Assembly (NCBI GenBank): GCA_003971905.1
Contig: RSEE01000079.1
Location: 124,001-188,000 of the forward strand
Length of the DNA stretch: 64,000 nt
Reading direction: 5' to 3'
Origin: Moniliella sp. 'wahieum'
Taxonomy: Eukaryota
Shown here piece after piece: positions 13,775 through 27,148 of the stretch; the first letter of the stretch is position 1; every line of letters starts with the position of its first letter. The position numbers and the translations under genes were made by a program. The notes beneath the pieces were generated by a model that saw only the letters and a program-made list of their open reading frames with translations, was not told the DNA's origin and did not search any database.

Positions 13775-14250
13775 TGATTGCCGTACAAGCAAGTGCTGCG
13801 TGTGAGTCGGTACCCCCCGTTTGGTGTTTTGAAGGCGCGAAGAAGAATTGATTGAACTTTGAGTGCGCCACAATCCTTCCTCGAACTGTGGCCAAAACGT
13901 GATGATCAGGATGAGAGGTATGCTCTGCAGTCATTGCTAGCCTGGATGTTCCTACGGATCGCTTGAAGCGCTCAAGGAGATCCAGATGGTTTTCAAGCGG
14001 GACGGATGGGACGTGATCACGGCGGTGATAGGCAGCTGCCTTCGGACGTGATCCATCTCACTTTTTTGCCCACACAGTTTGTACAAAGACCTCCTGTTCA
14101 TTCTCCCCATCGGCTAACAATCCAGCGGTCAACTTGGTGCTTGAGATGATCGGTACCCGCGTAAGGCCGAATGCAAAAGGCCCTCCGCACCCACCCGGCC
14201 TTCAACCTGATGTGCCTGAAACGAACTCGTCATCTTTTCGCTGCTGTTAA
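13775..14250 (+). pseudogene. Possible highly degenerate Rab-like small GTPase or relic
   Basis: Stitching frames gives ELWPKRDDQDERY, SLEALKEIQ..DVITAVIGSC, DLLFIL/SANNPAVNLVLEMIG and a terminal SSSFRCC*, colinear with a Rab layout. Canonical G boxes are not intact. Confidence 0.25.
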
Positions 14251-15753
14251 AACACCTACCGCGGCTTCATCTTCCTCCCAGTATATGCCTATATACTTGG
14301 ACACTCTATGTTTAGCCAGATCAACATGTCCACATGACTCGAGCTGTGGCGCCACAGGGTCTGACGTTTGCAATAGAGGGACGAAGAAGAAGAGAAGAAA
14401 GAAGGGTTGTGAGAAGATAGTAGGGGCGTATTCTATGGAAACGGTGGATGCAATGAGTGGTTGGGAAATTTACTATGTTAACTTGACGCATTTTCGGCAA
14501 TGAATTGATAGCCCAATCAGAAGCGAACCCATCCTCATGCCCTTTGAAGTGTTGTCGTCGAAGGACTAACCTGCTGCTTGTAAAACTCCTAATGCCAAAC
14601 ACTTTTTTTCAGGCCACCAAAACCTCACTCACTCCCAGATGCCTCATGGATATTGGCTGTGCTATGCCATAAAGCATCGAAGCTGGCGCAAGTCATGGCT
14701 GGGATGTCGCTGACGAAGAGCCCACAGTTTAGAAGCGCACCGCAAGAGTAGAAGCGCACCGCACAGAAAATCCACTTTCTGTCTCCCCACTACAGTCTTC
14801 CTATACGGGCACAGTATAGCACCTTAGTCCGAGGGCGGTACTTTCGGTCAAGGCTCAGCTTATATTCATCTTTCAGGGGCCTTTGACGTTCTGATCGGTG
14901 CGCGGCCAGAGGCAAGCATGCCCTGATGGGCTTGTGATGGCATCCCTGCATCGCCCCAGCGTTATCCTAATTCAGATCAGACGTCTCGATGGACCAGCAG
15001 AGCCTTAGTCATATATAAAGCTAGTACGAACCCATTAACATGTAACGTGTAATAACAGAGAGAAGAGCTTTTTCTCATCGCAGCTGCTCTCTCCTTCGTC
15101 TTTCAGGCACCACATGGATGGGATTCCTCACGCGTCGGGGGGCGTAGTGCCCCACATATCTGGTAGGGACTGCCGACTGGCTTGTTGCAGCTTTCAGTTT
15201 CCCGCTCGAAGCTGCACCACCGATAGAGAACAGAGGATGGGATAGGGATCGGCCATCGCTATTCCATCTGCTTCCAACGCGGGGAACCTGGGTGCAGCTG
15301 GCGTGTGACATGTGATGCGCCGATGCACACTGCGCGTGTGCCGGTGTGCCCGGCCGGCTCCACGCTGGGCCGCACTGCGCCCAACGTGACAGCAAAGCAA
15401 ACACTGGTCCTGTGCGTCGCTTGCACCGAGATCGGCAGCGCACGCAGGCTAGCCGGGCGCGTCGGCTCGCACAGCGCCCGCGTACCTGCGCCCCTCCCCC
15501 GCGCGCCCAGCGGGGCTAAGCGCCAAGTGCTAGGCGCCAGGTGCTAGCCGCCCATCCCAATTTGGCGGTGGAAAAACGGGGAAGTGGGTGAGCTTGAAGC
15601 TTGAGCCGAGGTGGAGGCGCTCAGACCGGAGGCTCAGGCCTCAAGCGCCAGCGAGGGTGGTTTTGCTGCTGAGAGGTGGGGATCATTGGTGGGGCCAGGA
15701 AGGAGGCTACTGCTTGGGTGATACCTTCTCTGCTTTCCTTCCACCCGCTCGCC

Positions 15754-16831
15754 ATGGCCCGTAAACCATCTCCCCTCTCGCCCTCGCCTACGCCCCCCTC
15801 CACGCCCGGGACCAAGGCCAAGAGCAAGGCCACCAAGATGGTTGAGAAGGCACCGCCAGCCTCTTCGGCTGCGTTGGTCCAGTTTGTCGAGCGTGATGGC
15901 CACTTTAGCTTGGTCCGCAACTTCCATCTCGCCGATGCATTTACGCTCATGAACGGCTTTTGTGGTGCGCAGAGTATTTGCTTCGGGCAGGTACTTGCTC
16001 ACCTCGGACCCAATTCACGCCTGGCACGCACTCTGGTTCCCCCTGGTTGGGGCGTGTTTGATTTGCTCGATGGCCGGGTCGCGCGCTGGCGTCGCTCCTC
16101 CTCGCTCCTGGGCCAGGAGTTGGACTCGTTGGCGGACGCGGTGAGTTTTGGTATGGCCCCGGCGTTTGCCGCGTACGCACTGGGCATGCGCACCTACCTC
16201 GACTCGATGGTGCTACCATTTGTCTGCTGTGGCATTGCCCGTCTGGCTCGGTTCAACGTCACTGCTACCTCCATTCCGCACGACAAGAGTGGAAAGGCCA
16301 AGTACTTTGAGGGCTTGCCCATCCCTCGTCGCTCCTTCTCGTTGGTGGCATGGCCCTTTCGCTGCTCTATGGAGCTGTCGACCTGGCCCAGTCGGCCCGA
16401 TCGCAAGTCATCACACGCAGCTCTTTTCCGAGCAGCCGTCACGCCTGCTTCGCTGGGCCACCCAACACCTCATTGGTGCCGATCCCAACCCCAGTGCTGT
16501 TGGTTGGTGTGGGGCCTTGGCCTCGCCTGCGCTCCAGGCCGCGCAGGGGAGCAAGCGCGCCCTGGGGCGCTCCGTCGTGCCAGGCGGTACGATTGAGCTC
16601 AATCCTGCGGCAGCCGTGATTTGGCTATTTGGGGTGCTGGACCAGGCCCAAACTATGATTGCCGTCAAGGTCCCCCAGGTGGCCCAGTACTGGCCTGTCC
16701 TACCCAGTGCGGAGAGCGTCGGTGCCTGGACCCAATCCCACCTGCGCACCAGTGTTCATCTCATCTCCTTCCTGTGGCTCGCATGGGCTATGGCACTTGT
16801 GTCCAAGACGCTCAAGGTGCCCAAACCGTGA
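15754..16831 (+). CDS. CHO1: CDP-diacylglycerol--serine O-phosphatidyltransferase (phosphatidylserine synthase)
   Basis: GHFSLVRNFHLADAFTLMNGFCG, the CDP-alcohol motif DLLDGRVARWRRSSSLLGQELDSLAD, ARLARFN, KYFEGLPIP and C-terminal SKTLKVPKP*. Confidence 0.95.
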
Positions 16832-18123
16832 TCAGTGGTAGTACGTCGACCTCATGGCTTTTTCTGGGACCGATTCTGTACCGGGCGTGCAGCTCTTCGA
16901 CTAAGCCGTTCGGGTCCTGTTTGATCCGCAATTCCGATGGATTCCCTCCCCTCCTTTGCCTTTCTGTCTCGCTCTCACATAAGTGGACTGGGCTGGGTTA
17001 TATGCCATAGGCAACTTGCGTCATACAGTTATTCGATGCTACCAGTCATAGTCCCACTGTAGGTGGAGATCAGTTGCCAGCTTATCAACGTCCACGTCGC
17101 AACCATTTGTCCTTTGTTCTGCACCCGGGACTGGGACGCGGACTCCAGCTCGACAAAAGTGACGGACAATACCTGTGATAGTCTGATTCTGATTGGTTCT
17201 GCTCATCACTAGCCCTTCCTCTTCCTCTTCGCCTTGCTTTTCCCACAACAGGTCCAAGGACTTGATTTCGGGCTTCTGTCTATGGCGAGAACACAGAGGC
17301 AGCATGAAGGTCCATTCAGCCCTAAACAGCTACAGCTCGTATCTATGGTGATCACCACGGTTTCAATTCGGGAAAAAGAAAGACCCAAACAAACAAATGG
17401 AGCAAAAGAAATGCCTCTTGGCCGAATCGAACGACCGATCTTCCATTACTAGTGAGATGCTTTACCACTGAGCCAAAGAGGCGGATTGCTGTAAGATGGT
17501 GGGATTGGGAGTTGATGCGGGGAATCGATAACCTGCGTGGCTGCGGGTGCGTCCAAACGGCACGGCAACCAGCAGCAGCGTCTTCGGACGGAGATTGTGA
17601 CATGTGGGCACGAGAATGGAAAATGTATGTCCGAGGGAGACGAGTAGGACGGATCTCCATGTTGACGTTCAAACGGTGAACGCCCACTAGGTGCTGTGTG
17701 CCAAGCCGCATCACGCGTCAGGCCTCAGGAAGGAACCGCTGCGTTCTAGAAGGCACATTGAGTTTCTTACCCGACTCGTAGGATGCCCGCGCAATGCGGT
17801 GGGGAGTGCCAGAGATGGGTAAGCATGCCGGAGGGGGGCTGTGACAGACGTGTGACATGTGACAGGCCATGTCCGCCAGTCGGGGGGCGGTCGGTCCTGT
17901 TTGTTTGTGGCAAAGAGTCCTCCCAGAGCCTAGATCAGCGTTCGATGGCCTGACGTCCGACAGGCCACATGGTGGGCCACTTGCGCTTGAACTTTCACTT
18001 GAACCGCTTGGCGCTTCTGTGCTGAAGTGCGCCCAGCCGGAGCCTCTGTCGCCGCCGCCGCCCGCTCTCTCCGCCGCCTCGACCGCCGCTCTTCCTGCCG
18101 CCTCCCTCGCGCTGGCCGTCGCC

Positions 18124-20892
18124 ATGGCCATGCCCATGCCCACTGCGCTCTCCGCCAACACGCGACGCGCCCAGCGCGGCGCAACCGCCACCCCTACCCC
18201 CGCTGCCCCTCCTGCCCCGCCAGCATCCTGGCCCAGGCCCCCACCCGCCGTGCCACCGCCCAGCCCCACGACGCCCACGACCTCAGCAGCTCTGTCTGGA
18301 CGCCTGCCCCTCGTCCTGCCGTCACCCGCCCGCCGCCGCCGCCCCCCGCCCCCGCATGCAGTTGGGCCCGTATGTCCTGCTCCACACCCTCGGCGAAGGC
18401 CAGTTTGGCAAAGTCAAGCTCGGCCTCCGCATCCCCCAGGCCGACGTGGTTGCCATCAAGCTCATCAAGCGTGCCCCCGCCGAGGTGGGCCAGGATTCGT
18501 GCCGCCATTCCCGCAAGCGAAGAGTCCAAATGGGAGCGCGTCCGCAGGGAAACAAGCATCCTGCGTCGTCTCCACCACCCCAACATTATTGCCCTGATCG
18601 AGATCATTACGAGCGAGCGGTGGCTAGGCATCGTGCTGGAGTACGCTTCGGGCGGGGAACTGTTCGACTACATTCTCGCTCACCAGTTCCTGCCTGAGCG
18701 CGAGGCCCGCCGCATCTTTGCCCAGCTCGTGTCGGCAGTGTGGTACATGCATGCCAAGGGGTCGTGCTCCGCGACCTTAAACTCGAAACGCCCTCCTCGA
18801 CCGTCACCGCAACATCCTCATCACCGACTTTGGCTTTGCTGGGATTTTAGGCCCAAGCGCCCTGATGGCCACGTCCTGTGGCTCTCCCTGCTATGCCGCC
18901 CCGGAACTCGTGCTCTCCGACCAGCCTTACCTTGCCCCTCGGTCGACGTTTGGTCCAGCGGCGTGATTCTGTACGCTATGCTCTCCGGCTTCCTGCCCTT
19001 TGACGACGACCCTGCCAACCCCGAAAGCCGTAACATCCACCAACTTTACCGTTACATCACACCACCCTCTCAACTTGCTGACCACGTGCCTGCGGCGCCG
19101 CGCACCTTGCTGGCGGGTATGCTCGCCCCGGACCCGGCCAAACGCATGGGCTTGGACCAGGTCCGCGCCCACCGCTGGCTCGAGCCCTACCAGCAACTCT
19201 TCCGCTTTGGCGTGCCGGAACTTGAACATGCCGCCTTGGCACAACAGGTCAAGCGCCAAGAACATTCCCGCACTCTGTGCGTCCCGGCCCGCCTTCCCAC
19301 CCTCCGCCGACCCATCGGGACCCGCGTTGGTCCGGCAAGAATCTGAGCTGGTCCCATCCACGTCTCCTCCCCGCGGAAGCGAGGAGAATGTCCTTTCTCT
19401 ACCTACCGTTTCGCCTTGCCTGTTGCACCCTCTACGTCCAACGCCCTTGCCCGTGTCACGTCGACTTCGACCGCGCCTCCGAGGACGGCAAGTCCGACGG
19501 TGACTCCCACACGTGCGTCCAGCACGTCGGACGGGACTTCGGCTGCGACGCTAGTGCCAGCGCCCCGCGGTACGACGATGTGCGCAGTTCTGCCTCGACA
19601 CTTCCGGCGCTTGTGCTACGGGGTTCGAGCCTTCGTCGCTGGGTCGATCTAGTCTCGCACTACGCCCCCCCTCCGACCTTTCTTCCGTTACTGTCCCCTC
19701 GAGTTCGGTACCTTTTTCCATCCAACCTCTTGTCCACCCCACCTCTCCCCCCGGCAACTCTCGACCCGCACCACCTCCCAGCCCCGCCCTTCCTCTCTCC
19801 GCTCTCCTCAGCGTCCCTCTTCCGTCTGCGCCACGGCTCCCAGCCTTCCTCCTACGCACTCAGACGCTCCCGCCCCGCTTCGGATGCGATGGACATGTGC
19901 GTTCCCCCACGGAACGCTGTTACGCTCATGCCCAATTTCCGACCGAGCGAACCTGTGGTGGCTACGCCCACGCAGAGCGGTAGCCGGACGCGGTTCCAAC
20001 AGCCGCCAGAGCGTGGTGGACGTTGGCGTCGGGCTACCGTCATGCCCTCTTCGTCGGTTCCGACCGGGTCTGGGTTAGGGTCTGGGTCTGGGTCCGGGTC
20101 TACGCACGCACGGCGGAAGCAAGAAGAGGGTCGTCCCAAGTCCCGGTTCCCCCTTGACAAACTGTTTTCCCTTTTCCACCGCCCTTCTCCCACTTTGCCG
20201 GCGAGGCTGCGAGCAGCGGGGCCAGTGCCAGTGCCAGTGCCAGAGCTAGTGCCAGAGCCAGTGCCAGAGCCAGTGCCAGAGCCAGTGCCAAACCAGTACC
20301 AAAGCCAGGGGATGGGGATGGGGATGGAAGTGGGAATAAGAATGGGGGTGGGAACGAAGTGCAGGTGGAGGTGGGACTATGGGGCGGGCCGGTCCGGCCA
20401 AATCGTCCGGCCGGAAACTATTCCGTTTGTTTGGCTCGCACGGGTCGAAGCACGAAGCGCGATCTAGTTCGCAGCAGATGCTGGCAGCGGCGGCGGCGGA
20501 TCGGCAGTTACGGATCCCCGGTCTGGCACCTCGGCGGGCGGCGCGACGTCGAGGGAAGAGGTGCGTGTGCACGAGGGCGAGTTGCGGGAGGAAGCGTTAA
20601 CGTCGTTACCGTTGGCGCAAGTTGTGGACCGGGTGACGGTGGCGCTGAGCGAGATGGCAGCCGAGACGAATGTACCGGAGCCGTATGTGGGGGCGTGTCG
20701 GTGGCGCGACCCATATGCGCGGGGCAGACGGCGCTGGTGGTGTTTTCGGTCGAGGTGACCCGGGTGGCACGTATTCCTGGTCTTTGGAGCGTCGATCTGC
20801 GCTTCTTGGCCGGCCAGACGGACGCGTTTGTCGGCTCTCAGGTGTTTTATGTCCGGTGCGATTTGGGCTCGGGCCCTGCAGTTGGCTCATGA
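18124..20892 (+). CDS. CAMK-group Ser/Thr kinase, Kin4/Ppk1-like, with a KA1-like C-terminal domain
   Basis: [87 protein letters not shown]. The C-terminal [20 protein letters not shown] resembles KA1. Several indels. Confidence 0.9.
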
Positions 20893-20926
20893 TCAGTTGG
20901 GCGCTCACGATGCATTTTTTTTTCCT

Positions 20927-20982
20927 GCCCTTCCCCCTTCCCTTCCCTTCCCTTCCCTTCCCTTCCCTTCCCTTCCCTTCCC
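20927..20982 (+). repeat. (CCTTC)n pentanucleotide microsatellite just downstream of the kinase stop
   Basis: About 10 tandem ccttc units, read directly. Confidence 0.9.
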
Positions 20983-21303
20983 ATGCCCTGTGTACCTGCG
21001 TAACCTCCCCCCCCCACCGGTGTTGTTCTGGTGGTTTCTGCTCATTCCCCTCTGTGTTGCTCGATACCATACCATCCATACCGTTCTTTAGTCAACTCTT
21101 GCTCTTCTATCTCAACTCCGCATTCGCATTCCTAGCTAGCAGGCGTACTACAAACTCGTCAAAAGAAAGTGCATTGTCCACAAAAAAGCGTTTGGGCCTG
21201 CGCCCTCGTTACGCGTCACGAGTCGTGGCACCATGCATGGTCCAACGTGGATGAATATCAAATTGAATAGGGCTGAATGCTCACCTCGCTTGTTCCTTAG
21301 ATC

Positions 21304-22282
21304 TTAGATCTGCGGGGGCGGAGGCGGAGCAACGGGAGCAGGGCCAGTGGGCAACAACGAGCCCCAAGGGGACGAGGCAACCGTGGGTTCGTACAAGCCC
21401 CGCGGGAGCGACCGGTCCAGGACCAGTGCTCCACGTCCTCCGCCGCGGACATCGTACGATACTCGCCGTCCAGCCCCAGCCGAGGGACGGGGCGAAGCAG
21501 GTGCTAGGTTGAGGGGGGTGGAAGGTGGCACGGGAGTGGTACTGGTGCTACCGGCACCGCGTCCACCACATGCTCGTACGATGGCACAGGCGTCGTTTCG
21601 TATTGCCCAAACCGTTGTTCCCATGCATGTTGCGCCCCCAACGCCGCTTGTTCCTGCTGATGCGTGGCTAAAGCATCTTGGGCTTCCATGTAGCGCCGCA
21701 GCTGCTCCTTCTCTGTCAGTGCTGGACCCGCTGAGCTTCCCGGGACCGGGGCAGAAGCTGAAGCCGAGGGCAACGAAGCAGCAGCAGCAGCAGCAGCGAC
21801 ATCCTCAGGTAACGGTGGCGCCATACCACCTTGCTGCTGTGCCACCTGGTCCCGCGCTTCCAGGAAGCGCCGTAACTGCTCCTTCTCTGTCAGTGCTGGG
21901 CCCGCTGAGCTTCCCGGGGCCGGGGCAGAAGCTGAAGCCGAGGGCAAGGAAACAGCAGCAGCGACATCTTCGGGTAAAGGCGGGGCCATACCACCTTGCT
22001 GCTGCGCCACCTGGTCCCGTGCCTCGAGGAAGCGCCGTAGCTGCTCCTTCGGTCAGTGCTGGGCCCGCTGAGCTTCCCGGGGCCGGGGCAGAAGCTGAAG
22101 CCGAGGGCAAGGAAACAGCAGCAGCGACATCTTCGGGTAAAGGCGGGGCCATACCACCTTGCTGCTGCGCCACCTGGTCCCGTGCCTCGAGGAAGCGCCG
22201 TAGCTGCTCCTTCTCTGTCAGTGCAGGTCCCGCTGAGCTTCCGGGAACCGGGGCCGGGCGGAAGCTGAAGCCGAGGGCAACG

Positions 22283-22326
<44 letters not shown>

Positions 22327-22655
22327 TCCTCAGGTAACGGTGGCGCCATACCACCTTGCTGCTGTGCCACCTGGTCCCGTGCCTCGAGGAAGCGCCGTAG
22401 CTGCTCCTTCTTGTCAGTGCTGGGTCCGCTGAGCTTCCCGGGGCCGGGGCAGAAGCTGAAGCCGAGGGCAACGAAGCGGCAGCAGCGACATCTTCGGGTA
22501 AAGGCGGGGCCATACCACCTTGCTGCTGTGCCACCTGGTCCCGTGCCTCGAGGAAGCGCCGTAGCTGCTCCTTCTCTGTCAGTGCAGGTCCCGCTGAGCT
22601 TCCGGGAACCGGGGCCGGGGCGGAAGCTGAAGCCGAGGGCAACGAAGCAGCAGCA

Positions 22656-22716
<61 letters not shown>

Positions 22717-25215
22717 TCCTCAGGTAACGGTGGCGCCATACCGCCTTGCTGCTGTGCCACCTGGTCCCGTGCCTCGAGGAAACGCCGTAGCTGCTCCTTC
22801 TCTGTCAATGGCGGGGCGGAGGAGCTGGCAGGGGCCGAGGAAGGTGTGGCGACCGAGGCCGAGGCTGAGGTTGTCGCTGCGGCCAAGTTGTCTGGGAGGG
22901 GCGGGGCCATTCCGCCTTGTTGCTGAGCGACGCGGTCGCGTGCCTCGAGGAAGCGGCGCAACTGTTCCTTTTCAGTCAAGGCTGGGCCTGAGGAGGTGCC
23001 TGCTGGAGCTGAGGCAGGAAGTAAGTTAGCAGGTAAGGGGGGTGCCAAGCCACCTTGTGTTGAACTACTTGGTCCCGCGCCTCGAGGAAGCGCCGTAACT
23101 GTTCTTTCTCTGTTGGTGCTGGTCCCAGTGATGGTTTGGCAGTGGGGGGGCAAATGCGTTGTCCACATCCAACGGTCGTGAAGCACCGGTAAAGGGGGTT
23201 CCGGATGCAGGTTCTTCCACTACCGCCGAGCTGGTCGAGAGCATACTAGGAACACTCTTACGTTTGACCGAAGGCGTGCCGCGCAACAAGGAGACAGGAC
23301 GTGTGGCGGGCGTGGGGATCGGGGTGGGGACCGGGGTGGTATCGAGGTTATCAGGGAAAGGAGCTGGGGCAGAAAAAGTGGATTGGTATGCCTCGGCCTC
23401 GGCGCGGGCTCGAGCGAAACGCCAAGCTTTCTCTTCCTCGGCCGAGAGGGGCTGGGAGGAAGTCACTTGGGCCTGGTACGCCTGGCCCGCCCGCGTCGCA
23501 GCTTCAAGCGCTTGGTTCGTATGGCTCTGCTGCTGGGCGGGTGTACAAGCGTTCCTTCTCTACCTCGGCCGCGGCACCAGGGATGTGGCGGGGGAGCATG
23601 TCCTGTGCCTGCTCGGGCGCCAGACCCAGCAGGCCCGAGTGGCCCCGGTCAATCTGATTGGTTAGCGCCAACTCCTCGTCCCTATCCAAGCCCGGCGGCA
23701 TGCTTTGGTGCGCAAACGCAGCCCGAACAGGCATTGGCGCCACCGTTCCCGGAGGCAAGTTTCGCCGCGCAGGATCGGGGTAAGGACGAGTGGCATCAAA
23801 TGCGCCGGCGATGCCGCGACCGGCGAAATTAGGTCCACTCAATGCCCAGCTGAGACCAGTGTTGGTACTGGTCAAGGTGTTGCTCCGTTGCAGGGTGGGG
23901 GTGAGGGTGGACATGGTGGGAGCCGGATCCAGATGTGGGGTGGGGCGGGGACTCGCTTCCGGTTCCAGCGTCGGGCCGGGTTCGGGGTCCACCCCGGGCG
24001 CCGGGGCTGGTGCCAGCGACGGGTCTGATAGCCCAGCGACATACCCAATCTTGGGCAGAATTTTGGCCGACTCGGCACGGGAAAAGGAGGAGATCTTAAT
24101 GGGAAGATGATCAATCACGATGGTTTGCTTGTTGACCTCAACGGCCAGGCGCAGGCTAAGGCAAAGGCAAAGGCAAAACAGGGCCAACGTTAGTGTCTCG
24201 TGGGAACCAGCAAGTCATAAAGTCATACCAGCAGGCTGGAGACGACGTACGTATAAGAAACCTCGATGTGCTTGGCAGTACTGATAGTCATGAGAGCGTG
24301 ATGCTTGGAGATGGGTAGGCTAAGGTCGTACAGTCTCGATTCGGCAGGCGACAGCTTCTTTCCTGTGGGGAAGGAGCGGGTGGCAACGGTGGTGACCCGC
24401 TGCGATGCAGTTGACTTTGCGCCGGCCGGGTCGGGGCGGGGCTTGCCCTTTCCCTTGACGTCGGCAGCCAGGGAAGGGGAGCCAGTAAAGGTGACCGTCT
24501 CCTTGAGGGAAAGCGTGATGTGTTTGGGCTTTACGGCCTTGGTCGCCTCGCTGACCAATGCAACTCGTGCATCGATCGAGTCGCCAGGGCCAAAGCAGTG
24601 CTGATTGTGCATCAGGGTGAGCTTGACGTCGCCCGTGTCGGTGCGGACTTGGGCCTCGTTGGTGTCGGGGTAGTTGTAGAGGAACCAGGGGGGTGAAGGT
24701 CATGCTTGACGAGAACAACGGGGTGGGTGGTCTGGATGATGCTGCTGACAGCGGCCTCCTTCTTGCGGAAGACGCCACGGCGCATTCGGACACAGAGGGA
24801 GGCAACCAGTTCATACGCCACCTCGCTCTGCTTGTCGATGCGCGCGGACGGGGGGAGGGCCTCGGGGATGGGGAGGCGAAAGGGGAACTGGTGGGAAGTG
24901 AGCACCTGCCAGTGGTCGGCGTCGGGATCGGATGGGTTGGTGGCGGGCGCATCGAGGTGGCGGGAGGGGTTGGCGCGCCAGACAGTGAGCGGGCCGCTGC
25001 CGATAAGCTCGCCCCAGTGCTCGCCACCGGGGATGGACTCGAGCTTGCGCAGCTCGACACGCAGCCACGATGCGTTGAGGCCCTTGCCCAGGCGCACATC
25101 GACGGTGCCGGCAATGGCGGCGGCGGGGCGGTCGGGCGAGGGGGGATGCCGGGCCATCCCTGGACGAAGGAGGTGCCGCGGGCGGGGCGGAGGCCGAGCT
25201 GTTGCTCTGGGACAT
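21304..25215 (-). CDS. Alpha-arrestin-like protein with a long repetitive C-terminal tail
   Basis: LRP..GTSFVQGWPGIPP, GTVDVRL..WLRVELRKLE, FPFRLPIPEALPPS, VAYELVASL, CFGPGDSI, ITLSLKETVTF and HIEVSY indicate an arrestin N/C fold. Probable intron near 24150-24228. Pro/Ala-rich tail. Confidence 0.75.
21690..23150 (-). repeat. Coding minisatellite of about 9 copies (about 160-230 bp each) with embedded (GCT)n tracts
   Basis: LTEKEQLRRFLEARDQVAQQQGGMAPPLP recurs near 21700, 21875, 22040, 22200, 22400, 22560, 22790, 22960 and 23095. Poly-Ala tracts at about 22284-22322 and 22657-22712. Confidence 0.92.
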
Positions 25216-25656
25216 GCTGGGGGGGCAGCTGGCCGATGGCGGTCGGGGGGCAGTTGGGGGCGCAGCCGCCGCGCAGCGCAGGCCCAACGACTTGCACACT
25301 TGAACATTGCAATTGCGCTCGCGCGCCGGGTGGCGCAGCAGTCAGCGGCCGAGCACCGCAGCGGTGACGTGGATCGACAGCGGGCCCCGGCTGCCGCAGT
25401 GCCCGCCTCGCCCTCCTCTCCCTGCAGCCTCTGCGCTGCCCCCATGCCTCCCTGCCGGTCTGCTGCCTCCCCAGATACAAAGCCGATCGACGGCCATGGC
25501 GAGCTGCACCGCACACGCAGCCCCGAGGGATTAATTATTAATTACATGGCCCCCTCGACAGACACCCCCACTAGTTACCTACACCCCCCACACCCGCACC
25601 CGCACTCGCACCCGCGGGCCCATGCCCAGGCTGGAGGCTCAAGCGGGCGTTGAACG

Positions 25657-25880
25657 TAATTGATGATCCCCCATCTGTCATGCTCCAGCACCAGCAGGAG
25701 CCAGGCATGGATCATCCATCCGTCGCTAGCATCCAAAGCCACGGTTACGGGTCACGCGTCAGGGGTGCGGGACTACGTGCTGATGCGGCAGGGTGGATTG
25801 GAAAAGCATACCAAAACAGGCAGCCGGCTGCTGGGCACCAATGCTGTATGGCCGAGACAGCCTGCCCTCTGGTGCTTCCC
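25657..25880 (+). repeat. Duplicated segment C (inverted copy at about 41395-41678)
   Basis: Shared blocks atccgtcgctagcatccaaagccacg and gtgcgggactacgtgctgatgcggcag..tggattggaaaagcat..aacaggcagccggctg match the reverse complement of 41430-41590. Confidence 0.9.
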
Positions 25881-27148
25881 TCAGAGAGACACCTGTATGC
25901 TTGTGTCACATGTCACGCTGGTGGGTAGTCATTGCGTTGCCGAGCTGGTCTGCCCCCTGCTGCCCGCATGCCGCCTGCCCTCTGGTGCCCACCTATGAGA
26001 GGGAACTTGAACTACACATGGCCGTCTCGTCGCCAGAGCAGCGTCCATACCACGCCCCCATTTGGTGCTAACACGTCTCTGAGCGTACCGCCTCCCACCG
26101 TGGGGCAGGCGATGGATCTGCCGTCTTTCCGCAACAGTGCATGCTCACCGCTAGCATCCTGCCAAATTTTAACGAGGACGAATGAGAAACGGCTGAGATA
26201 TGGGCATTTTTTGATATCAGCTTCCTACATGACCATCTCATCTCAGCTTGTCTCGATTGCGATTGGCACCTCTCTCTGGCTCTGGGTCAGACCTCAACCG
26301 AGCCTCACGCTGTAGTCTACTCCCCCGCCGTCCACCAGAGCGTGCCTGCACCGACTACCATCTGCATCTGTGCACAAGCTCGAAGTGATGGTGCATAGTA
26401 GCAGGTTCAAATACGGACAGGTCGGTGTGGAGTGTGCGCCCGTACCCCACCAATTGTCGTCCGATCTAAAAACTGGTAGCGGCCCATCCTGCACAGCATT
26501 CGTATCTTCCAGGGGAAGTAACGCACTCGCGGACTCGACCAGGATTGAGGTCAGAACACTTAATACATCTGACCGGAGGTCCAAATGGCAGATGACCTAT
26601 GTTGATGGGATCAGATCAGTACTGCACCCATTCTCGTCAAACAATAGATTGGATACGTTTTCACATCGTGAACAAGAAACGGGCCTTCCATGGGAGGTAA
26701 GGCGCTCCAAGGTTGAACAAGAATTGAGGTCACCCCACGTCCAAACATCAGAGGTTTAGTCAAAACACCGGATGGTCAGTACGGATGGTGCCGGCGCTCC
26801 TCCAATTCTGGACGGATCTGTGGGATCTGTGAAGGATTCATTGTACTCTCGAATCAGGCCTTTCAGGAGAGCTCATTGGCATTTTTATTGGTCCAGGATT
26901 GGAGCCACACCACTTCCATATAGCTCAGGTCGGGTCCAGACGGCGCACTGTTCGATCAAACAAGATCGGCGCACCACCAATTCTGGACGGATCTGAGAAT
27001 GAATGGGTGCGCATGGTGCCCCAGGTAGTCCTGTTTCAGATGCGCACAGGTGGAGGGCCAGGCGGGGCACAGTGATGGAGAACGGGCATGTGGCGCTGGA
27101 CGAGCTGGTGGTATAGTGGTTTGGTCTCATCGGTGGCGGCCGAGCCAA

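Noticed and set aside
21690..23150. CRISPR-like repeat array
   Set aside because: Eukaryotic context, no unique spacers, and the units are in-frame protein repeats.
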